The position numbers and the translations under genes are program-made. Shown here one piece after another: positions 18,650-27,961 of a stretch of 57,034 bases of DNA (position 1 is its first letter; the number at the start of each line of letters is the position of its first letter). The notes beneath the pieces were generated by a model, which made no database searches, had not been told where the DNA came from, and saw nothing but the letters and a program-made list of their open reading frames with translations. This DNA is from a virus (taxonomy: Duplodnaviria; Caudoviricetes): positions 1 through 57,034 of the IMG/VR virus record IMGVR_UViG_3300036886_000048, one strand, 5' to 3'.

Positions 18650-19042
18650 ATGGCAATGATGTGGACATACGTGGTTGATACTGGTTACTTATACGATCCC
18701 GATGGTGTAAGCGTAGCTGCTGGTTATGCTGGTGGCAATTGTGGCAAAAATCCAGAAGGTAAGAACAATCCCGACATGCAGGATCGAAAATCAATTGGCC
18801 CATTGCCTTGCGGATTTTACACTTTCGGACAACCCGTTCTACAATCTCACCTTGGCCCATTTGCAATTCCTTTGATTCCATACCCTGATAATGAAATGTT
18901 TGGACGTGGCGGTTTTTACATTCACGGCGACACTACTCCGGGAGGAAACGCTTCGGAAGGTTGTATTATTCTTCCAAGGTTAATTCGGAATCAATTGTGG
19001 AATTCTACCGATCACAAACTGGAAGTAGTTTCAGGAGAATAA
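18650..19042 (+). CDS. Tlde1/DUF2778-like L,D-transpeptidase-fold peptidoglycan enzyme (probable lysin)
   Basis: GYAG, GPLP.G.Y, GRGGFYIHGD, ASEGCII. Confidence 0.85.
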   Translation: MAMMWTYVVDTGYLYDPDGVSVAAGYAGGNCGKNPEGKNNPDMQDRKSIGPLPCGFYTFGQPVLQSHLGPFAIPLIPYPDNEMFGRGGFYIHGDTTPGGNASEGCIILPRLIRNQLWNSTDHKLEVVSGE

Positions 19043-19043
19043 A

Positions 19044-20909
19044 ATGGCAGTTACACGAATTGCAGAATTTGATTTATGGCGTAACGGATATGGCGGAAGT
19101 CTTGTCAATGTGTATTTATCTGGAACAACCACGCTTGCATCAATCTACACTGATGAAGCGTTGAGTATTGCTGCACCAAATCCGCAAACTCTGGACAGTC
19201 TAGTAATTGACAACGAAATATATGGAAAATTTACCGTGCCGCTTTACATTGGTGCGGCCTACTATCTCGATGTAGTAACTAAGAACCAAACCGGAATCAT
19301 ACGTCCTCCACTGACCACATTGACAGGACAGGTAGCAGACGAAGCCACAGTTATTCCGACAGGCGGTGCAGTAGCGAATCCGTTGGATGATTTACTTGGG
19401 CGTGAATTTTATGCCACAGATACTGCTGCATTTACTACAAGTGCATCTACAAACAATGCCACGCTTACAACAGCCTTGGGCCGTGCCGCTTCTGCTGGCG
19501 GTGGCAAAATATTACTTCCAGATAACACTGCGTTAGTCTTTACCCAACTGACTCTGGCTAACGGTGTTCAACTAGAAGGTCGTGGACGTTCGGGAACCCC
19601 TACAATCCTTCAAAGTCAAGTTGCCGATAAAATCGTTACGTTGAACACTGGTTCAGGTTTGCAAAATTTGGCTCTCGACGGAATCAATAACGTTGCGTCT
19701 GGAATCGCACTGTACGCCAAGGCAACAAATGAAACTAATTTACGAAACGTTCTCATAAAACGATTCGATACGGGAATCAAACTTGTCGGTGGAAGATATG
19801 CGAACTGGCACGAAGTTTATGTCGATTCTTGTGCAATAGGTGCAACCCTGCAAGGCAATCTTGATACGGCTGGAGGCGACCAGTATAGTGACAATAGTTG
19901 GTATGGAGGAAAAATTTCAAACTGCACTACTGTTGGAATTCGTCTGACATACGAAGATCGAATCGTTTCCAATGTGAAACTCGCTAATCTGATTTTTGAT
20001 GGTAATACTGGAACGGCTCTCGATGTGAACGGCGCACGTTTTGTTACGTTGGAAAATGTTAAATTTCTGAACAACACAATCAACATTGCAATTGCAGACG
20101 ATACGTTGAATACAGTCAGCGACAACACGATCAAGTCGTTCTCGATGGTTGGAGGTTCGATTGCTGGAGGCGTAGTCAATATCGACGGGTCGTGTCAAAA
20201 CGTCGTATTTAAACGTGTGGATTTTTCAAACGTCCAATTCAATTTCACAAATATCGGAAACAATATTACTTTTGTTGACTGTGTTGAAAATTCGGGAGTT
20301 GTTTTTACTGGTCAAGGAACCAGAGTTACCAGAGTACATGAAACGTTCGGAGACTTTCCTGCTTCGGCGGTGACAACTACCGATGCGACTGTGACAAAGA
20401 TTTGGGAAATTTCGTTGGAACCCGGTCAAAAAGCATTCCTAGAAGCCAAAGTAATTGGCGTGATGCGTAACGGAGTCGATTACGGCATGTATCACTACGG
20501 CAGAGCAGTACATCGTCCCGGAGCCACTCTCGCTTACGATGGGCAGACAGGAAACTTTACAAAAGGTTTGATTGTGGTAGGGCATACGAGTGGGGCAACT
20601 GCCAGAATAATTGCAGATGCTGATGCTGGAGTGACAGGTACACTGACTTTGAAAAGTATTTTGGGTACGTTTGTTGATAACGAACTGTTGACAGACACGT
20701 CTACGGGTAGCGCGACTGCAAATGGAACACTTACGTTGGTAGACTGTGCGTTACTTGGATCACTCGCGGCTATCGAAGCCGATGTAGAAACCGTTGGCGC
20801 ATGGGGTGCTGCGTATGCAGTTGCTGCTGGAAACATTGAACTTCAAGTGACGGGTGCTGCGGTTACGGTTATTGATTGGGTTGCCAACGTTTCAAGTTCG
20901 GTGAACTAA
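19044..20909 (+). CDS. tailspike with beta-helix (pectate-lyase-like) domain
   Basis: NPQTLD anchor; GGGKILLP...GVQLEGRG; Asn-rich repeats. Confidence 0.75.
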   Translation: MAVTRIAEFDLWRNGYGGSLVNVYLSGTTTLASIYTDEALSIAAPNPQTLDSLVIDNEIYGKFTVPLYIGAAYYLDVVTKNQTGIIRPPLTTLTGQVADEATVIPTGGAVANPLDDLLGREFYATDTAAFTTSASTNNATLTTALGRAASAGGGKILLPDNTALVFTQLTLANGVQLEGRGRSGTPTILQSQVADKIVTLNTGSGLQNLALDGINNVASGIALYAKATNETNLRNVLIKRFDTGIKLVGGRYANWHEVYVDSCAIGATLQGNLDTAGGDQYSDNSWYGGKISNCTTVGIRLTYEDRIVSNVKLANLIFDGNTGTALDVNGARFVTLENVKFLNNTINIAIADDTLNTVSDNTIKSFSMVGGSIAGGVVNIDGSCQNVVFKRVDFSNVQFNFTNIGNNITFVDCVENSGVVFTGQGTRVTRVHETFGDFPASAVTTTDATVTKIWEISLEPGQKAFLEAKVIGVMRNGVDYGMYHYGRAVHRPGATLAYDGQTGNFTKGLIVVGHTSGATARIIADADAGVTGTLTLKSILGTFVDNELLTDTSTGSATANGTLTLVDCALLGSLAAIEADVETVGAWGAAYAVAAGNIELQVTGAAVTVIDWVANVSSSVN

Positions 20910-20910
20910 A

Positions 20911-22311
20911 ATGTCAGTATCCCGCGACATTTCGATTAGCGATAAATTATTCCTTAATTGCAAGGAGTCGTGCCTTACAGGAGGAACCGCTGCCCTCGAA
21001 AACGCCTATCAAAATGAACTAGGCGGAATCAGTCGATTCCCCGGCTTAAAGTCCTTTGCCACGTTATCGGGTAATGCTAACACGTACCTGCACGAATGGC
21101 AGGAAGATTTGATTGCAGTCTCAGGATCAAGAATTTGGAGAGTAGACAAAAACGGAGTCACCACCGAAGTTACGGGAGTTCAACTGAGTGGCAAGAACCG
21201 GGTAGTTTTTGATCGTACGCCGAACGAACTTATTATGGCGGCTGGAGGACCTATTTTAAGGCTTGCGGCAGGCCACACTGAACTTTTGAGTGCAGATGCC
21301 CCCGAATCGACTCATGTGGGCTATGTGGGTGGTTACGTGCTTGCTACGGAGACAAATACCGGACTTATCTATAACAGTGCCGCGAATAATTTTCAATCGT
21401 GGAGTCCGTTGGATGTTTTTGCGATAGATTCTAAACCAGACTTCGTAAATGCCATGATAATCACCCCGTTCAACGAAATTCTGTTGTCTGGAAAAGATTC
21501 GCTGGAACAATGGGAACAACTCCCTGCCGGATCGGTCCCCGCATTTCAATACAGATGGTCAATCGGTCAAGGTAATTACGTGCCATACAGTCTGACTTTT
21601 GCAGATAACGGCGTTTGGAACATTAACCGGGATCAAGAATTAGTCAGATCGTCCGGGCAACTGGCTCAACAAGTGAGTGACAGTATCCACGGCGGTGTGC
21701 TGGAACCTGTTGATGATTTTTCTGATGCGTGGTGTTGTCCCATAATGGTTGCTGGACAAAAATTTGTCATGGTACAAATACCTCATGCCACAAATATCTA
21801 TGGGACTACCGGAATAACCGTTCTATATGATTATCGGCAGCATAAGTGGTTTTCTCTGTTCGGATGGGACAACGATTTGGCACTTCCTAAAATTTGGCCG
21901 GGAGTGAGTTATTATCGTCTGTGGGGAAAACATTTTATCGGAGCCGCTGGAAAAATTTACGAGTTGTCTACCACGACTTATGCAAATGGTGGCGACTTGC
22001 AACGAGTTTTGTGGAGGTCTGGTAATCAAGATTTGGGAGAAATACGTATTGACAATCTCATGTTGCGGTTGAAACGTGGGGTTGGAGAATCTAATACCAA
22101 ACGCAAATTGATGAGATTGCGAGTTTCGTTTGATGGTAAACCGTGGACAAAATGGCGCAAACAAGATTTGGGATTGTACGGCGAAAATGTCGCGTGGGTA
22201 GATTTTGGTCAAATGGGTTGTGGAAACACTTTTCAGGTGGAAATTGATATGACAGACTCCGCCGAATTCGAACTTGTAAAAATGCGTGTGTTATACACGC
22301 CGTTGGGGTAA
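20911..22311 (+). CDS. tail/DNA-stabilisation protein (P22 gp10-like)
   Basis: RFPGL, propeller-like repeats, LRVSFDG..W...LG.YGE. Confidence 0.75.
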   Translation: MSVSRDISISDKLFLNCKESCLTGGTAALENAYQNELGGISRFPGLKSFATLSGNANTYLHEWQEDLIAVSGSRIWRVDKNGVTTEVTGVQLSGKNRVVFDRTPNELIMAAGGPILRLAAGHTELLSADAPESTHVGYVGGYVLATETNTGLIYNSAANNFQSWSPLDVFAIDSKPDFVNAMIITPFNEILLSGKDSLEQWEQLPAGSVPAFQYRWSIGQGNYVPYSLTFADNGVWNINRDQELVRSSGQLAQQVSDSIHGGVLEPVDDFSDAWCCPIMVAGQKFVMVQIPHATNIYGTTGITVLYDYRQHKWFSLFGWDNDLALPKIWPGVSYYRLWGKHFIGAAGKIYELSTTTYANGGDLQRVLWRSGNQDLGEIRIDNLMLRLKRGVGESNTKRKLMRLRVSFDGKPWTKWRKQDLGLYGENVAWVDFGQMGCGNTFQVEIDMTDSAEFELVKMRVLYTPLG

Positions 22312-22313
22312 TC

Positions 22314-23105
22314 ATGGCAACAGGCGAACCGTTAAAACCGCCACGCACCACAGGCGACCCTCAAACCGACTTGCTCATTTTGGTCAAATACCTTCACGAT
22401 TTGTATGAAGCTATTCAACGTACTTATCTGAAACAAAGTCAGTTGGGGCCGGATGTTCAAAAAAGTACACAAATGCTTGCGGCGATAGCGAATGTAGTTC
22501 CTTTTGCAAACACCCTGACTTATTTTACAACACCTACAACTGCCACACTTACGCCTTTAACTGCATTTGCAAGGGCAATTCTTGCAACCACGACTGCCGG
22601 AGACTTCGTCGCAACATTGGGTTTAGGATTGCTTTCGACCAAAGATAAAATTTCAACTGGAGATATTAACGATTCTCAAGTCACTTACACCAAAATCCAA
22701 GATGTAAGTGCGTCAAGTAAGTTGTTAGGTAGAACGTCAACGGGCGCAGGAACTATTGAAGAAATCTCGTTTACAAAAACTCCAGTCGGCGGAACAATTT
22801 CGCAACTAGCTACCCGGAGTACAGGCGTGACTTTAAATGGTACTTGTGGGGTAATAACTACAGCTACTACTTCACTTGCAGCAGGATCAACCGCAACATT
22901 CACTGTCAGTAATTCGTCAGTGGTAGCAACCGATATAGTGATTGTTTCGCAACAATCTGGAAGTAATAGCGGAAACACGTCGGTCGAAATAGTGGCGACA
23001 ACTTCCAGCGCATTTGATATTCGCGTTTCTAACCGCGCACTTGTTACGGCTGAGACAGGGGCAATCAATATAAATTTCGCAGTTTTGAAGTCAATTTTGA
23101 GTTAA
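22314..23105 (+). CDS. tail-associated protein
   Basis: LTAFARAIL, VTYTKIQDVS, TGVTLN..CGVIT. Confidence 0.6.
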   Translation: MATGEPLKPPRTTGDPQTDLLILVKYLHDLYEAIQRTYLKQSQLGPDVQKSTQMLAAIANVVPFANTLTYFTTPTTATLTPLTAFARAILATTTAGDFVATLGLGLLSTKDKISTGDINDSQVTYTKIQDVSASSKLLGRTSTGAGTIEEISFTKTPVGGTISQLATRSTGVTLNGTCGVITTATTSLAAGSTATFTVSNSSVVATDIVIVSQQSGSNSGNTSVEIVATTSSAFDIRVSNRALVTAETGAININFAVLKSILS

Positions 23106-23111
23106 TTTAGA

Positions 23112-23140
23112 TTGACTTTGTAGCTAGTTCGTGGTATAAT
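23112..23140 (+). promoter_or_regulatory. sigma70-type promoter
   Basis: TTGACT-17-TATAAT, extended -10. Confidence 0.75.
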
Positions 23141-23161
23141 GAATTAGTATTGGAGAAATAA

Positions 23162-24757
23162 ATGGCGTCAATTAATTCGTTTAATGCAGGATATGCTCCG
23201 CAAAATGATTTGTACACTAACAGGGTGGACAAGTATAACGATTACAGGGCGTCTGGAAATCTGGCAAATGTTTCGGATGTTACGGGGTTAGGTGTCACTG
23301 ATTCGACTACTACTCCAGTGGATACGCCTACTGGGGGTGGAGGTGGTGGCACGGCAATTACCGACGTTATAAATCCTACACCTACTCCTACCCCTCCGCC
23401 GATTACGCCGTATTCGCCTGCCCCGTACAATCCGTCGTACCCTACATCTAACCCTAGTCCGGGTTCATCCGTATCGACGCCTCACCCTACAGTTGCTCCT
23501 ACTACACCGGGTTCTTCCCCCACAATCACGCCTTATACCCCTCCTACATACGTCCCTCCATCTGCCCCAAATTTGCCTACAACTAGTTACAATAATCCTT
23601 ACAATAATCCGTCGAGTCCTTCGACAGGTTCTGCTGGCGGTTTAGCAACACTCGTTGGTGCTGGTGCGTTGATTGACAAGCTTACAGGCGGTACAATCTC
23701 TGGTTGGATAAAAGATCAATACGGGAATCTGGTTCCATCGACGGGCGGAAATACTGCAAACTTGACTTCTGGAGGGGTGTCTGCAAGTAATCCTGTAACC
23801 GGAAACCAATATAGTTTGGCTGGATCAAATAATATTACACCTACTGCAACTTCGCCTTACAGTTTGGCTACCAATTACACTGGCCCAACATTAGGTTTGA
23901 ACATGCCATCAAGTTCCCTTACGGGGAGTGTTACTGCCGGAACTGGCGCGGGTCTTTCAAGTCCCGGATTTTCATCGGCAACACCTGTTGATTTTAATAA
24001 TCCCGATTACAGTCTCGCGCAAAGTCCCACATCGTCTACTTTCGGAAACGGCGGTCAATTACCGTCCACGTCTGGAACCGATATGTTGGGAAACAATGTC
24101 GGTTCGATTCAAAATATGGCTACGGGAGCAGTTGCTGGAGCAATCGGAACAGGTCTTTTAAAAGCAGTGGGTGCGAATGGCCCAATAAGTTCTGCTGGAG
24201 GTTCGGCGATTGGTGCATGGGTTGCTGGTGCTGGCCCTGTCGGAATTATCGGTGCTGCAATTTTTGGTGCGATAATGGGTGGCGGTTTATTCGGCGGGAG
24301 CGCCCCTGTGCCGTATACACAAACGGGATTTAACAATATAGTATCGAATGCGGTTACTCCGGATACTGCCACATTAGGTTACGGCGATTACACTCCGCCT
24401 ATAGGAGCCGCCACAGTGACAGGTAATCCTGCCGCATATGTAAATTCCTATAACTACTCCGATCCTACAATGGCGAATGTGACTAAGGCTGCGACAATCG
24501 CAAGTCCTCAATATGCAACCGCCTTGAATAATTTTAACAGTCAAACAGGTGTAAATAATCCTGCCGCAATTCAACAGTACGTTGCTGCAAATAATATCAC
24601 GACTATTCCGCAATACGTCAAGGCAGTTAATAGCACTGGCGCAAACGCATATAGTGTCGGGGCTGCAATGGGTTTAACCGAACAACAAACCGCACAACAA
24701 CTTTTATTGGCAGGTTATAGTGTTGCCCCTAACGGATCAATTGTTACTAGTTATTAA
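23162..24757 (+). CDS. putative ejection protein, Pro/Thr/Ser-rich with Gly-rich hydrophobic segments
   Basis: Position after tail genes; low complexity. Confidence 0.6.
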   Translation: MASINSFNAGYAPQNDLYTNRVDKYNDYRASGNLANVSDVTGLGVTDSTTTPVDTPTGGGGGGTAITDVINPTPTPTPPPITPYSPAPYNPSYPTSNPSPGSSVSTPHPTVAPTTPGSSPTITPYTPPTYVPPSAPNLPTTSYNNPYNNPSSPSTGSAGGLATLVGAGALIDKLTGGTISGWIKDQYGNLVPSTGGNTANLTSGGVSASNPVTGNQYSLAGSNNITPTATSPYSLATNYTGPTLGLNMPSSSLTGSVTAGTGAGLSSPGFSSATPVDFNNPDYSLAQSPTSSTFGNGGQLPSTSGTDMLGNNVGSIQNMATGAVAGAIGTGLLKAVGANGPISSAGGSAIGAWVAGAGPVGIIGAAIFGAIMGGGLFGGSAPVPYTQTGFNNIVSNAVTPDTATLGYGDYTPPIGAATVTGNPAAYVNSYNYSDPTMANVTKAATIASPQYATALNNFNSQTGVNNPAAIQQYVAANNITTIPQYVKAVNSTGANAYSVGAAMGLTEQQTAQQLLLAGYSVAPNGSIVTSY

Positions 24758-24768
24758 AGGATCGTAAA

Positions 24769-25254
24769 ATGTTTCCACAACCTCAACAACAACAACAACC
24801 TCAACAGACCCAAGGCAACGGACAAGCTGCACCGATCAATCCTCAAAATGGTGGGCAACCTTCTCCTGCTGACTTGCCTCGTATGATCCGCCAATTGGCT
24901 CTCCAAAACTTGACTCCGCAAGAAATCCAAGTTTTGAACCAATCACTGACTCCGCAATTCATTCAGATCATGGCGAAACTCTACGGGCCGCAGGAAATGA
25001 TGAAACTAGCCCCCCTGATGAACTTGGGGCAACATCCGTCAGATCAGCAAATGATGCAAGGTGGCGTACAATCTGCACCGCAAAATGGCAGTCTTATGCA
25101 AAATTTCAATGCACCGTCGCAACAGCAACAAGAACCCGTTCCGCAAATGATGGGGAATCTGGGTGAAGGTAGCGGGGGAAATGCGAACCAGAGTGTTGTA
25201 AATTCGTTGAGGCAAGCACCAACACCAGTAAGGTTTGGAAATAAAGGGGCGTAA
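24769..25254 (+). CDS. Gln-rich hypothetical virion protein
   Basis: AAGGA RBS; in operon. Confidence 0.6.
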   Translation: MFPQPQQQQQPQQTQGNGQAAPINPQNGGQPSPADLPRMIRQLALQNLTPQEIQVLNQSLTPQFIQIMAKLYGPQEMMKLAPLMNLGQHPSDQQMMQGGVQSAPQNGSLMQNFNAPSQQQQEPVPQMMGNLGEGSGGNANQSVVNSLRQAPTPVRFGNKGA

Positions 25255-25256
25255 TC

Positions 25257-26657
25257 ATGGATGATTCTTCGTGGTTAGATAATGCGGGAAATATAAATTG
25301 GGGCAATGTCGCCGTAGGTTTGGTAAACTACGGTTTGGCTACCAATGCGAACAACACCGCGACAAACGCTGTAACAACTGCTTCTAATACTGCGACAGGG
25401 ATAAACACTGCGGCAAGTTTAGCGGCACTGAAATTAATTACTGATTCTCAATCTGCCGCTGCTGCACAAATCACTGCCGCGAATACTGCCGCCCAACAAT
25501 TTGCGATAGATTCTTCCGCAAAAGCAGCACAAACACTCGCTGACACAAGTACTGCCGCTATCAAAGCATTGACTGATGCGCGAGACAACGCTTTGCAATA
25601 TGCGTCTGCCGGAAATGCCGCCGCAGTGCAAGCCAGTGCAGGAGCATACAATTCTGCAATCGCTGCAATCAGTAGTGCCAGAGATTCGGCGTTGCAATAT
25701 GCCGCTACCGGAAATGCGAACGCTAGTGCCGCAAGTACCGCCTCATACAAAGATGCCGTATCTGCAATTAATTCTGCGACAAGCAGTGCTTTAAATTATA
25801 CGAACCAAGCAAACGCGCAGGTTCAGAAAACACTTGCGCCTGAAATTGCCAGTTCGCAAAGCGGCATTCAAAGACTGAACCAAATTGTAGCAAATGGTTC
25901 TGCATTGCGCCCAGATCAAATTCAACAACAACAGGATATTCAAAGACAAACCGGAGCAAGACTTGCGTCGCAAGTTGGAGGTCGTTCGGCTTCAGCTATA
26001 GCGTTAGATGCAGGCCAAAGATTTTATGCAGCAGGCGCAGGCCAAAACTATCAGGATGCAAATTCTGCCGCAAATACACTTGCCGGGATTTACGCTTCCG
26101 CGATATCCCAATCCACTAATTCTACACTGCAAACAGGTTTGACGAATGCAGGAACAGTTGCGAATGCCGGAAATCAATTGTCGAATGCTTCCACGAATTA
26201 TGGAAATACGCAGGCCAATCTTGCAAGCAATTTTGGGAATACGAATGCTAACATTGTTTCGAGTGCCGGAAATAATATTGCCAACGCCGCTAATGTATAC
26301 GGTACTAACGCCGCCAATCTTGCAGATTCGTTGGGTAAAACTCAAGCCAACATTGCAACGGGTACAGCCACCGGGATAGCTAATACCGCATCCACAATAG
26401 GAACAGGAACAGCTAATTTGCAATCGAGTTTGGGCAACACTCTTGCGAATACTACGTTGAATACCGGAAACAATCTTGCACAAAATATAACTACTACTGG
26501 AACGGCAGGAGCAAACGCACTGTTAGGTGTAGGTTCGACAAATGCGAATAACGTTTTAACTGCCGGAACAGCAAACGCCAACAATACTTTAGCCAATACG
26601 AGTGCAGGAATAACCCAACTTAATAATCTGGCTTACGGCAGACCTTCGGGATATTAA
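25257..26657 (+). CDS. putative ejection (DNA transfer) protein
   Basis: Ala/Asn-rich ~11-aa periodic helical repeats. Confidence 0.65.
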   Translation: MDDSSWLDNAGNINWGNVAVGLVNYGLATNANNTATNAVTTASNTATGINTAASLAALKLITDSQSAAAAQITAANTAAQQFAIDSSAKAAQTLADTSTAAIKALTDARDNALQYASAGNAAAVQASAGAYNSAIAAISSARDSALQYAATGNANASAASTASYKDAVSAINSATSSALNYTNQANAQVQKTLAPEIASSQSGIQRLNQIVANGSALRPDQIQQQQDIQRQTGARLASQVGGRSASAIALDAGQRFYAAGAGQNYQDANSAANTLAGIYASAISQSTNSTLQTGLTNAGTVANAGNQLSNASTNYGNTQANLASNFGNTNANIVSSAGNNIANAANVYGTNAANLADSLGKTQANIATGTATGIANTASTIGTGTANLQSSLGNTLANTTLNTGNNLAQNITTTGTAGANALLGVGSTNANNVLTAGTANANNTLANTSAGITQLNNLAYGRPSGY

Positions 26658-26659
26658 TC

Positions 26660-27895
26660 ATGGCAAATCTAAATTTAATTGGCGGTGAATTTTTCAATCA
26701 ACTCGACCAAAACAGACGCGCAAACCAGTTGAACCAGTTGCAAGTCGATGCACTGAGGCGTCAACAACTCGAACACAACAATGCCGATACGTTAGCTGGA
26801 AAGCTGGCGTCGATTCAGTCCGAACCTACCCCGATTGCCCCCGCACCAACTACACAACCCGTTTTTGGTCAAAATAGTAATGACATAACCACTTCTCCGA
26901 ACATTACCGATGCTGCAACCAATCAGGCTTTAGGAATTCCTTCGCCTAATCCTCCAGCATCTTCTGACATTAGCACTCAGGCTGCAATGCAAATCCCTAC
27001 TGGACAATCTGCACTTCAATCAGTCACTGCTCCCCCCGATACTCGCGCTGCAAGAACCTCGGCACTAATGGCGTCAGATACTGGCCCCGGAACAGGGGAA
27101 ATGAAGTTGAACTACATGGCAGGACAAAACAAATTAAATTTTGAATCTGCCAAATACCAAGGCGACTTGCAAGATAAAGCTCTTGCCGCATACATGAACA
27201 ATCCAGAAGAAGGTTTGGTTTACGCTCAAATGCATGGACTCACCGATGTTCAGCAAATGTTTGCTCAACCTAAATTCAAACAGTTTATTGGTACAATGAG
27301 CATTTTAACGCAGGGCAATAAATATTTCAAAGATGATGCCACGAAAGTTAAATTTGCCAGCGAAGCTCTCGGAAATCTAAAGAGTGGCATGAGTCAAAAC
27401 GACGCAATCGTAAATGCGTACATGACTCCCGGTTTAGTTCAACCTGAAGTCAAATCGTCTTTCACTAACGATGTTGGAGCAGTAACCCAAACTGACAAAT
27501 TTGGAAACGTTATAAATAAAACTGCACCGGGAGTTGGAAAATCTAACAGTGTCTTGCTCCGTTCTCAACTTGCCAAGTTGCAACCCAATAAAGTTCAGAG
27601 TACATACACTGCTGCCGACGGAACTCGCCACATGACCATGAAAGACGGAACCGATCAACAAGCAGTAGATCAAGACGGTAACGCAATTCAATCTTCCGAG
27701 ATTCGCAAGTTTGCGGGTCAAATTTATCTCAAGAATGCAGGAATGCCCGGAAACACTATCGGTTCAGCTCAAGGGACGGCTAGTCAGTTGTTTGGTGGAA
27801 ATAATCAACAGACTCCGAACAAAGTTTTAAATTTTGTACCCGGTCAAGGTTTTATAACAGCAGACCAGCAACAACCCGACCAATCTCAAGAATAA
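26660..27895 (+). CDS. putative ejection protein
   Basis: Gln-rich; precedes the giant gene. Confidence 0.6.
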   Translation: MANLNLIGGEFFNQLDQNRRANQLNQLQVDALRRQQLEHNNADTLAGKLASIQSEPTPIAPAPTTQPVFGQNSNDITTSPNITDAATNQALGIPSPNPPASSDISTQAAMQIPTGQSALQSVTAPPDTRAARTSALMASDTGPGTGEMKLNYMAGQNKLNFESAKYQGDLQDKALAAYMNNPEEGLVYAQMHGLTDVQQMFAQPKFKQFIGTMSILTQGNKYFKDDATKVKFASEALGNLKSGMSQNDAIVNAYMTPGLVQPEVKSSFTNDVGAVTQTDKFGNVINKTAPGVGKSNSVLLRSQLAKLQPNKVQSTYTAADGTRHMTMKDGTDQQAVDQDGNAIQSSEIRKFAGQIYLKNAGMPGNTIGSAQGTASQLFGGNNQQTPNKVLNFVPGQGFITADQQQPDQSQE

Positions 27896-27899
27896 TGTG

Positions 27900-27928
27900 T
27901 TGAACTTTTAGGTGGAACGTGCTATAAT
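27900..27928 (+). promoter_or_regulatory. sigma70-type promoter of the giant gene
   Basis: TTGAAC-17-TATAAT, extended -10. Confidence 0.65.
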
Positions 27929-27961
27929 GTCTACCTGAACAGGCATACCTAGAGGCTTCGC

